A stretch of DNA of 64,000 nt from Candidatus Latescibacterota bacterium. GTDB lineage: Bacteria; Latescibacterota; UBA2968. The notes beneath the pieces were generated by a model. That model made no database searches. It saw only the letters and a list, made by a program, of their open reading frames with translations, and was not told the DNA's origin. The stretch spans positions 1,568,001 through 1,632,000 of the forward strand of contig OZ242311.1 in NCBI GenBank assembly GCA_965207885.1. The letters run 5' to 3'. Below, in pieces: positions 10,761-18,968 of the stretch. The position numbers and the translations under genes are program-made. The number at the start of each line of letters is the position of its first letter. Position 1 is the stretch's first letter.

Positions 10761-10888
10761 ATAAGAAGTGAGAATAGGCTGTTTACCCAAACATAAAATT
10801 TTTGTATGATAAATGACATAGTACCGGAAAATGCTCTAAAAATCAAATTTTTGAGTCGCCCTCTCAATCCCAAAGGAGAACCAGAAAC

Positions 10889-12802
10889 ATGAGTTCCCGC
10901 ACCCGAACATCTGATTTTATCCCCCTCACATATACCACACCCGACCGTCTGGTCACAGATTTTACAAGCCGGGGCATAGTCATCCTTTCCCCCGAAGACC
11001 TGGGCATCCCCGCCGAAGTCCACAAACGCGTTTACAACTTCGAAAAAAAGGCTAAAAAAGAGAAAAAACGCGTCACAACGGGCATCATCCCCGACGTACT
11101 CGAAGTCCTCAACGCACCCGGCCTCGTCTCAGCCTGTGACCAGCTCGCAGGTAAAAATTGGGCCATCGTCCCCTTTACCCACAACGCAGTCTTTACCAGC
11201 GGACCCAGAGATCAACACTGGCACAAAGACGACAACGGCCCATACAACGGCCGAAAACAGCGCCACCATCAGGCCGTCCAACTGGAAATGCTGTATTATC
11301 CTCAAGATGTCAAAGCAGAAATGGGGCCCACGGCAACCATCCCCTACTCACAATATTGGACCTTTAACCACGAAGAAAACCACGACAACTTTGCGGGCGC
11401 AGACCACCTCGATTTTGCCTACTTCTTCGACATGCAAAGCGAACACGTCAGCGGGCCCCAATCCAAATACGATATCGAAGACATTGTCAACCAACGCACC
11501 GCCCATGACATTCGCATGCGCGATGCCGTCACCGACACACAATGGCCTCTCGTACTCCCCTTTGAAGCAGAGCCACTCCGCGCAGGTAGCGTGATCATTT
11601 ACTCGCACAACACCTTCCACAGGGGCAACCACCGGCGCGATGACTGGCGCACCTGGGACGACAACCCACGCTTCATGTGGCGCTTCTGGCTCTATCGCAC
11701 CACCGATCCATCACCCAACGGGTCAACCACCGTTGTACCAATGAACGACCTCGGCATCGACCCCATCACCAACGTCAACCTCTCCGAAGCACCGGACGAT
11801 GCCACCGAAGTGTGGCACTATCATCATCACTGGATCAAAACCGGCCAGGCACCGCCACCCCGTCCCGAATCAAAATCTGCCTCGCCAAAAGAAAAAGAGT
11901 GCAAAGCCGAAGCCCTATTCGAACAACTCCACGCCAAATACGACGAAGCTGAACCCGTCCGAATTGGAGCAGCTTACAAACTCGCCTCAATTGGCGACCC
12001 GGCATTGGCCACCAAATTCCTCGGACGCGCGCTCCACACCGACCGCGAAAATGTGCGACGCGCCGCCACATACGGCCTGATCGCCGTGGGACCAGATGCG
12101 ACAGACACACTCATCGAAGCAACCCGATCACCCATCAAATGGATTCGCAAAGCAGGCATCTATGGCCTGGGCGACGCCAGCCATCTCACAAAGGATGTAC
12201 TCGACGCAGTTACCTCCTGCTTACACAACGACTCCTCTGTCTATGTCCGCTCTGTAGCCGCGGGAACCCTGGGCTGTTTGGGACGCCGTGCTGTAGCTAC
12301 TGGTAAAGGCACTGATCTGATTCCCACTTGCATCGATGCGCTCTTGCAAAGCCTCAGCCGCGAAGAAAACCGCCCCGGCATGGACAGGGCACAAAAACGA
12401 AGCATCAAATTTGTGCGTCCAACCGACGACTGCGACGTCTGCGAAGGCAGTGGCGTCGATTTTGGCCTCGACCGATTTGAGCCTGTTCGCTCTGCCGTCC
12501 GGGAAAATGCCCTGTGGTCCATCGTTATCCTCTGTTCTCACGGCGCTAAAATCCTCGGCAATGCACTTGAGCCGACAATCGAAACCTTAAAAGACATCAT
12601 CCAAACCGACAAAAATGTCATCGACGTCGGATTCGCCATGGACGCGCTGATTCGCCTGGTCAAATTGAGCCCGGATGAAGTTTCTCAAATCAACCGGGAA
12701 AATCTTTTGGATATCTTAAAAGAACTCCCCGTACACAGTTGGGAAACATTCATCCGCGGAGGCCTTAGTCTGGATACCGTATCAAAATTTAACAATTCCT
12801 GA
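10889..12802 (+). CDS. Phytanoyl-CoA dioxygenase-like (Fe/2OG) protein with C-terminal HEAT/PBS-lyase repeats
   Basis: WHKD (HxD), GPT, AGSVIIY…FHRG; repeated VRxxAAxxL units; AAGGAG SD. Confidence 0.75.
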   Translation: MSSRTRTSDFIPLTYTTPDRLVTDFTSRGIVILSPEDLGIPAEVHKRVYNFEKKAKKEKKRVTTGIIPDVLEVLNAPGLVSACDQLAGKNWAIVPFTHNAVFTSGPRDQHWHKDDNGPYNGRKQRHHQAVQLEMLYYPQDVKAEMGPTATIPYSQYWTFNHEENHDNFAGADHLDFAYFFDMQSEHVSGPQSKYDIEDIVNQRTAHDIRMRDAVTDTQWPLVLPFEAEPLRAGSVIIYSHNTFHRGNHRRDDWRTWDDNPRFMWRFWLYRTTDPSPNGSTTVVPMNDLGIDPITNVNLSEAPDDATEVWHYHHHWIKTGQAPPPRPESKSASPKEKECKAEALFEQLHAKYDEAEPVRIGAAYKLASIGDPALATKFLGRALHTDRENVRRAATYGLIAVGPDATDTLIEATRSPIKWIRKAGIYGLGDASHLTKDVLDAVTSCLHNDSSVYVRSVAAGTLGCLGRRAVATGKGTDLIPTCIDALLQSLSREENRPGMDRAQKRSIKFVRPTDDCDVCEGSGVDFGLDRFEPVRSAVRENALWSIVILCSHGAKILGNALEPTIETLKDIIQTDKNVIDVGFAMDALIRLVKLSPDEVSQINRENLLDILKELPVHSWETFIRGGLSLDTVSKFNNS

Positions 12803-12829
12803 CAACACACATCAAAGAATGGAGAACCT

Positions 12830-14188
12830 ATGTCTCAGGACCGACCGAATATTCTCTATATCATGGACGACCAGCACCGATGGGATTATCTGGGATCAAT
12901 GGGCGCTGATTTTGTCAAAACGCCCAATCTGGATCGGCTGGCAGAGCGCGGCATACAGTTTACACAATGCACGACAAATTGCCCGGTTTGCGCGCCATCT
13001 CGCATTGCGGTCGCATCGGGCCTGCAACCCGTTCGCCTGGGAGCGCTGGGTAACAACAATTTTCTGCCGCGCACAGCCACAACCTATTACCAACGGCTAC
13101 GCGATCACAATTACTACGTGGGATGCGTGGGCAAACTGGATCTGGCAAAACCCGATGGGTACAATGGACGCGATGGCGATAGGCCAGCTACGTATATGTG
13201 GGGGTTCACGCATCCCGTCGAAGTTGAAGGCAAAAGCCATGCTGGCAGGGGCAGAATTCCCCAGGGACCCTACAATCATTTTTTAAAAGAAAAAGGATTA
13301 CTCGATGCGTTTGTCGATGATTATTCAGCGCGAAGTGGCCCCGCCTCGTGTCATGATTCGGTACTCCCAACAGAAGCATTTGCAGATACGTACATCGGAC
13401 AGCGATCTGTACAGTGGATCGAAGACATACCAGACGATTTCCCCTGGCACTTATTCGTGAGTTTTGTGGGACCACACAGCCCATTTGATCCACCGACTGA
13501 ATATGCAGATCGATATCGCAACGCCGAAATGCCAGCTCCGATCCCAGCAACGAGCAAAGGTAAACCAAAAAATATTGAAAGCAGCAGAAAAGGTCTGACC
13601 GGGGCTGAGGTCCTAAAGACGCGACAGCAATATTGTGCGTATATCGAACTGATTGACGCTCAAATTGGCGAAATATTAGACGCGGTTGAAAAGCGGGGCA
13701 TGATGGACAATACGTACATTATTTTTGCCAGCGATCACGGTGAAATGCTTGGCGACCACGGACTTTATGGCAAGAGCGTGTCCTATGAGGCATCGTTGCG
13801 CGTGCCGCTTATTGTGGCTGGACCAGGTATTGAAGGCGGCAGGGTATCGGCAGAACCAGTAGAACTGATTGATACCAACGCGACAATCTGCGAATGGGCT
13901 GGGTTGCCACCACAGGAAAATATCGACGCGCAGTCATTGGGACCCGTTTTGAGAGGCGAGACGGATGATCATCGCACAGAATCGGTCAGCCAAATTGGTC
14001 GTTTCAGGTTAATCCGCACGAAAACACACAAACTGGTCGAAAACCAAAACGATATCAATGAGCTTTACGACCTGGAAAATGATCCGAATGAACTGAACAA
14101 TATAGCGCGTGAAAATCCAGATATCGCAAAGAAACTGGGCAGCCGGTTAGACGAGAGATTCACAGAGGGAGCCTGGCTACGCGGTTAG
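12830..14188 (+). CDS. Sulfatase (Cys-type, formylglycine-dependent)
   Basis: RPNILYIMDDQHR, CAPSR (CxPxR), GKLDL, SDHGEMLGDH, ELYDLENDPNE. Confidence 0.95.
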   Translation: MSQDRPNILYIMDDQHRWDYLGSMGADFVKTPNLDRLAERGIQFTQCTTNCPVCAPSRIAVASGLQPVRLGALGNNNFLPRTATTYYQRLRDHNYYVGCVGKLDLAKPDGYNGRDGDRPATYMWGFTHPVEVEGKSHAGRGRIPQGPYNHFLKEKGLLDAFVDDYSARSGPASCHDSVLPTEAFADTYIGQRSVQWIEDIPDDFPWHLFVSFVGPHSPFDPPTEYADRYRNAEMPAPIPATSKGKPKNIESSRKGLTGAEVLKTRQQYCAYIELIDAQIGEILDAVEKRGMMDNTYIIFASDHGEMLGDHGLYGKSVSYEASLRVPLIVAGPGIEGGRVSAEPVELIDTNATICEWAGLPPQENIDAQSLGPVLRGETDDHRTESVSQIGRFRLIRTKTHKLVENQNDINELYDLENDPNELNNIARENPDIAKKLGSRLDERFTEGAWLRG

Positions 14189-14261
14189 GGATTGTCATAC
14201 TTCGTAAAAAGGTATAAAAATTCGGATTTGTACCAACAAACAAGATCCCTAAAGGAGCATC

Positions 14262-15818
14262 ATGTCTGCCATAGACCGTAACCCTTCAACCACGGAACTC
14301 ACGTTAGATACATTTCACGTCCCTGTTGACACCGATTTCCGAATCTATGTTTGCCAGCCGATACTTCTGCACATCTATTTGCTTTTTGTGTGTATTGGTA
14401 TTCTCGCACTGATTCCGAATGTATATGCAGAGGGTATTCCAGCATTTCCGGGTGCCGAAGGTTATGGCGCAATGACGCGCGGAGGTAGGGGCGGAAAAGT
14501 CATCATTGTAACGAATCTGAACGACTCCGGACCAGGCAGCTTGCGCGAGGCATGCGAGGCAGAAGGTCCGCGGATAGTTGTGTTCCAGGTTTCTGGGACA
14601 ATTACCCTTGAAAAGCGTTTGAGAATCTCCAACCCGCACATCACCATCGCCGGACAAACTGCCCCAGGTGATGGGATTTGCATCAGGAGATATCCGCTCT
14701 CAATTAATACCAGCGAAGTTATTATCAGGTATATAAGGGTAAGATTGGGAGATGAAACCGGCGATGATACAGATGCCATATCCGGCAGGTATCACAAGAA
14801 TATTATCCTCGATCATGTGTCAGCGAGTTGGAGTATTGATGAAACGGTGTCTATTTACCATTGCGAAAATGTAACCGTTCAATGGTGTCTGATATCGGAA
14901 AGTTTGTACTATGCTGGTCACGCTAAAGGTGCGCATGGATTTGGAGGAATATGGGGATCAAACCGCAGCACGTACCATCACAACCTGCTGGCACACCACA
15001 CCAGCCGGAATCCGCGTTTTGCTTCTGGTTGCGGATATAACGATTTTAGAAACAACGTGGTGTACAACTGGGGTTATAACAGTGCCTATGGTGGTGAGAA
15101 ACAACAGGCAGGCAATGAGAAGTTTAACTTTACCGTAGTCAACATGGTAGCCAATTACTACAAGCCGGGACCTGCAACCCGTTCGGGTGCGGTGACGTAC
15201 CGCATTGTTAATCCTACATCAAATGATTCAGCAGACGGTTTCGGCAAATGGTATGTTGCCGATAATGTGGTTCATGGCAATTCCGCAGTTACTGCGAATA
15301 ACTGGGATGGTGGCGTGCAGCCTGAGGACGGTAGTTCGTATATTCCAAAATTAAAACTCGACCGACCTTTTGACGCTATACCTATCAACCAGCAAACGGC
15401 TGAAGATGCCTATCACGCTGTTCTTGAGAATGCAGGCGCCTCACTGCCCAAACGCGATGCAGTGGATACACGCATTATTGACGAAACCCGTAATGGCTAT
15501 GCCACTTATGAAGGCGGAACATACGAGAAGAATAACCGCGTGCCTGATGAATCAAAAAAATGCGGTATTATTGATTCACAGACAGATGTTGGTGGGTGGC
15601 CCGAACTCAAAAGTCTGCCTGCCCCGCTTGACAGTGATGCGGACGGTATGCCAGACGAATGGGAAAAGAGATATGGGTTTGATCCGCATGACGCTGCCGA
15701 CACCTCAAAGGACAAGGACAACGACGGATACACCAACATTGAGGAATACCTCAATGGAACAAATCCGACCGAGTTTATCGACTATACCAGGCCCGAGAAT
15801 AACGTGAACACACTATAG
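14262..15818 (+). CDS. Pectate lyase (PL1-like), secreted
   Basis: PAFPGAEGYG…GGRGG, VTNLNDSGPGSLR, TIAGQTAPG, DHVSASWSIDE, SRNPR; Ca-binding DxDxDGMPD tail; exact start uncertain. Confidence 0.88.
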   Translation: MSAIDRNPSTTELTLDTFHVPVDTDFRIYVCQPILLHIYLLFVCIGILALIPNVYAEGIPAFPGAEGYGAMTRGGRGGKVIIVTNLNDSGPGSLREACEAEGPRIVVFQVSGTITLEKRLRISNPHITIAGQTAPGDGICIRRYPLSINTSEVIIRYIRVRLGDETGDDTDAISGRYHKNIILDHVSASWSIDETVSIYHCENVTVQWCLISESLYYAGHAKGAHGFGGIWGSNRSTYHHNLLAHHTSRNPRFASGCGYNDFRNNVVYNWGYNSAYGGEKQQAGNEKFNFTVVNMVANYYKPGPATRSGAVTYRIVNPTSNDSADGFGKWYVADNVVHGNSAVTANNWDGGVQPEDGSSYIPKLKLDRPFDAIPINQQTAEDAYHAVLENAGASLPKRDAVDTRIIDETRNGYATYEGGTYEKNNRVPDESKKCGIIDSQTDVGGWPELKSLPAPLDSDADGMPDEWEKRYGFDPHDAADTSKDKDNDGYTNIEEYLNGTNPTEFIDYTRPENNVNTL

Positions 15819-15830
15819 TAAATTCCATAC

Positions 15831-16076
15831 CATACATCACCAGGTCAGGGGATGTTTGCGATCAGGAAGGGCAAGTGGAAACTGGTGTTGGGACAGGAGT
15901 CAGGGGGTAGTCAGACGGATCACAAGGTTGAAACTGAGGGACAGCTCTATAACATGGAAACAGACAAAGAAGAAACCACGAATGTATATGAAGAACATCC
16001 CAAAGTGGTAGCAGAACTGACGGCTTTGTTGGAAAAGTATGAGCGCGAGGGACGGAGTGCTCCGGTGATGGCTTAA
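15831..16076 (+). pseudogene. C-terminal remnant of an arylsulfatase
   Basis: GMFAIRKGKWKL…GQLYNMETDKEETTNVY…PKVVAEL is a typical sulfatase tail; upstream IHH lies in another frame; in-frame stop at 15819 and no N-terminal domain. Confidence 0.75.
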
Positions 16077-16239
16077 GGGGGGGAGGCAACAATTCTAAAA
16101 GTGCAAAGAGATGACACACACTTTTTCTCAATATTCTACGAGGAACTTGACATGCGAACAGGCAGGCGCAAGAAGAAGGAGGATATTTGGCGGTAGAAAA
16201 AGCGACCTACAAAGTTGTTATCACACCAGATAAGAAGGG

Positions 16240-16269
16240 TTGACAGGGGCGGACGAATCTTAATAAAAT
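16240..16269 (+). promoter_or_regulatory. Putative sigma70 promoter reading into the IR-bounded cassette
   Basis: TTGACA-18 nt-TAAAAT ending 2 nt before the left inverted repeat. Confidence 0.45.
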
Positions 16270-16497
16270 AAGGGACTATGTAGAATAGTGCCGAAATTCG
16301 TTTCAACATAAGGAATTGTTGAGAGAAAGGGTAATAAGATGAAGAAAAAACAAAAGAAAAAAAGCCGTGAGGTGACCAAAATAAAAGCCAAATGGGAATT
16401 ACATACCAAAGTGCCCGTCCATAGATCCTAAAAGCACTTGACTTTTTGAAAAGGGTTTTTGTTATTCTACAACGTAACCTTGATGGGGGATAGATAT

Positions 16498-17049
16498 ATG
16501 GACGCATTAGAAAACATTGTGCAGAAACGTGTCTGGAACCATCGTCTTAACGTTCAGATTGATTACAATATCCTGTACTCTAAATTTAAAGAGAGAGAAG
16601 AGAAGAAAGAGGCGCAGGAAAAATGGCAATGGTGGATTACTCTGGTTATGTTTGTTTTACCAGTGCTCCCTTTATGCTTTTACGTTTTTGAATGGTATCC
16701 GCTACAGACTTCGGTGATTGCCCTAATCGTCGAACTGATTTTATCGGGTAGCCTTCTTATGCTTTCTTATCAAGTGAAGATTCTCAACGCTGATATTGAA
16801 AAAATTGAAACAGGGTCGGACGAGATAGCTAAGATTTTAGATGATTACCACGATTTATATCATGAGTTTGAAACCAGAGAGATAGATGACGTTGTAGAGA
16901 TAGACAAGGATCTCTACGAAAAATACGAACTAATAACTCAAATATCAATGAAGGGTGTTACTGTTGAAGACTGTGAAAATGATCGGGCCTCCGATGATGC
17001 AAACATGCAAATCGACAATTACGATGGAAAGGCGGTAGCAAATGGGTAA
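16498..17049 (+). CDS. Hypothetical two-TM membrane protein (SLATT-like layout)
   Basis: Two hydrophobic helices (WWITLVMFVLPVLPLCFYVF; VIALIVELILSGSLLMLSY) followed by an acidic helical tail. Confidence 0.6.
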   Translation: MDALENIVQKRVWNHRLNVQIDYNILYSKFKEREEKKEAQEKWQWWITLVMFVLPVLPLCFYVFEWYPLQTSVIALIVELILSGSLLMLSYQVKILNADIEKIETGSDEIAKILDDYHDLYHEFETREIDDVVEIDKDLYEKYELITQISMKGVTVEDCENDRASDDANMQIDNYDGKAVANG

Positions 17050-17176
17050 ACGAAGTTCCGGAGGAAGTCAATCGCGTAGAGTGCAGAGCAATAGGCAGAT
17101 GGCGCGAAGACCAAAAACGCCGAATACTCCGCGCAAACAACCGTCAGGCGGGAAAAAATCGGGGGGTAAAAAGTAA
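17042..17176 (+). CDS. Small basic hypothetical protein (44 aa, MGKRSSGG…KKSGGKK)
   Basis: ATG overlaps the end of the upstream CDS; AAGGCGG SD-like sequence; below the ORF-track cutoff. Confidence 0.45.
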   Translation: MGKRSSGGSQSRRVQSNRQMARRPKTPNTPRKQPSGGKKSGGKK

Positions 17177-17202
17177 AGAGTGTGTCAGGATAGGAGACTT
17201 AT

Positions 17203-17364
17203 ATGCCTGCAAAAACAAAAGAAAAACCAAAACGCATCCGCTTTCCCGGATATACCAAAGAAGAATCAGACGCTATACACGATAGGGCCGAGAGATTGGC
17301 ACAAGCACTTGTAACGCCGGTTCCGAAGACAAGAGATAAAAAGGAGAAAAACGTAAATGCCTGA
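17203..17364 (+). CDS. Small hypothetical protein (53 aa, MPAKTKEKPK…ERLAQALVTP…)
   Basis: AGGAG SD upstream; stop overlaps the start of the next ORF (ATGCCTGA). Confidence 0.55.
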   Translation: MPAKTKEKPKRIRFPGYTKEESDAIHDRAERLAQALVTPVPKTRDKKEKNVNA

Positions 17365-17572
17365 CAATCCGTACATTGGTATTACCATTATCGATAAGGA
17401 AACCAAAGAGGATAAATTTTCGGTCATTATCGATGTGAAGACGGCAGAGGATGGGGCTATTGTGTATGACCCAAGAGATACTGAAAGACCAAAGAGATAC
17501 GATATTTCTATTACGGAGTACACGCCCGGTCCTGATGGCTTAGAAACTAAAGACATATTAAATACGTTTTGA
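17357..17572 (+). CDS. Small hypothetical protein (71 aa)
   Basis: AAGGAG SD; coupled to the upstream ORF; beta-strand-like composition. Confidence 0.55.
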   Translation: MPDNPYIGITIIDKETKEDKFSVIIDVKTAEDGAIVYDPRDTERPKRYDISITEYTPGPDGLETKDILNTF

Positions 17573-17915
17573 TCTTTAACAAAAAACGTATTTATATAAA
17601 AACCCCCACCATAATTGGTGGGGCATACGCATCAAGTTAAGGGTTGAACAAGAGGCAGTTCCCGAGGTATCTTACTGTTGACCAAGACAGTAAACATACC
17701 CAAGGAGCTGCCTCAATGTGTAAGTGGACTTGACCCGTTTTAGATGCTGTTGCCGAATTGGTCGAGAGGTAGTCAGCAGTTGTAAAAACGGCTGTTTGTG
17801 GCCTGAATACAAGCTCTGTATGGACAGAATTTGGAATTCGGCAACAGCATCGTTTTAGTGGACAACTTATCTCTTTCGGCACTATTCTACATAGTCCCCA
17901 ATCTTTAATAGCTAT

Positions 17916-18134
17916 TTACGCAAACATCAAACGTCCTTTTGGCTCGGGAATGGGACGACCTAAATTTTTCGCCGTTTCAATCCATTCTTCGATAATGACA
18001 TCAACATTTTGCAATGCCTCATAATAAGTCGAACCATCTGCTGCACAGCCCGCAAGTTCCGGGACCTCAGCGATAAATGCCTCGTCTTCCTCACTCCAAT
18101 AAATGATGATTTCGTATTTGTGAATAGTAGTCAT
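17916..18134 (-). CDS. hicB: HicB family antitoxin (short, no adjacent hicA)
   Basis: YEIIIYWSEEDEAFIAEVPELAGCAADG-T--EAL…WIETAK--GRPIPEPKGRL. Confidence 0.88.
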   Translation of the reverse strand: MTTIHKYEIIIYWSEEDEAFIAEVPELAGCAADGSTYYEALQNVDVIIEEWIETAKNLGRPIPEPKGRLMFA

Positions 18135-18165
18135 TGGTTTGATTCCTGAAAAGAAGTGTTTTTGG

Positions 18166-18954
18166 TCAAACAGATTCGCCAAAAGCACTTTCTTTATAGT
18201 GTTTCTTATGTTCTTCATCTATCAGTTCTGTAGAAGATACATCCTCAAGAAGGGCATAATCCTCAACGAACTCTTTGAATTTTGCTCCTCGTTCGCTCAG
18301 ACAATTGTAAAAGAGAAGCCCCAATTCATAACTTGATAATTGTGCGCGGACGAGATTGGTATAGCGTTTTGTATCTTCTTCGAGAAGATCGCTATGATGA
18401 TCAACAAATTTGACAACATTGTACAGATGTCTAAAGTAATACCCCACAACTGGTTCATAGGGAATTAAAAAACTTTCATAAGTATCATTGAGAATCTTTG
18501 CTTCAGGAGTATTACTATTTGCAGCTTGTTGGATTTCGGGATAATGTTCTTCTTTCAAATCATTAAGCATTCTAATAAAGCACCCCCGTCCGTGTGCTCT
18601 ACCCTGAATCTCTATAGCATTAACAATATCATTATGCAGGCTAAGAAGTTGAAAAAAGGCATTTCCAAAATTCTGCTTTTGAAGTTGTTCTTTTTGGAGT
18701 GCGAGTTCCTGCTGCTGAACGTGTAGCGTCCAAATGAGAATAGCAAAAGCCAGTCCAGTAAACAAAGCGGTGACGAAGCCAAAAGAATCGCCCCATTGTC
18801 CCCTTTTTTCAACGTGAGGGACAAAATCTGGGAAAATCCATACTCCCCAAAGAATGAGCAAACCAGAGAGACCGACAAATATTCCCAAACCTTTCAAACC
18901 TGTTTTAATTTTTTTCCACCAGTCCATTTTCGATTTATCAGAATTTTTGTTCAT
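18166..18954 (-). CDS. Putative phage abortive infection protein (putAbiC-like), two N-terminal TM segments
   Basis: GQWGDSFG…LF-GLAF, Q-F---FFQLL, YFRHLYNVVKFVD and RAQLSSYEL-LLFYNCL motifs. Confidence 0.8.
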   Translation of the reverse strand: MNKNSDKSKMDWWKKIKTGLKGLGIFVGLSGLLILWGVWIFPDFVPHVEKRGQWGDSFGFVTALFTGLAFAILIWTLHVQQQELALQKEQLQKQNFGNAFFQLLSLHNDIVNAIEIQGRAHGRGCFIRMLNDLKEEHYPEIQQAANSNTPEAKILNDTYESFLIPYEPVVGYYFRHLYNVVKFVDHHSDLLEEDTKRYTNLVRAQLSSYELGLLFYNCLSERGAKFKEFVEDYALLEDVSSTELIDEEHKKHYKESAFGESV

Positions 18955-18968
18955 GTAAACAATCGTTT

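Larger units (their letters stand above)
16272..17898. mobile_element. Non-autonomous cassette bounded by perfect 25-bp inverted repeats (possibly IS1595-family derived)
   Basis: GGGACTATGTAGAATAGTGCCGAAA at 16272-16296 and its exact reverse complement at 17874-17898; AT-rich interior; no transposase and no clean target-site duplication. Confidence 0.7.

Noticed and set aside
10080-10790. DUF2064 gene as a marker of an arsenosugar or selenium cluster
   Set aside because: The usual partners (radical SAM, second glycosyltransferase, methyltransferase) are not adjacent
17637-17882. 81-aa minus-strand ORF or transposase remnant inside the IR cassette
   Set aside because: Its start lies within the inverted repeat and no DDE or IS1595 motif is recognisable in the frames checked
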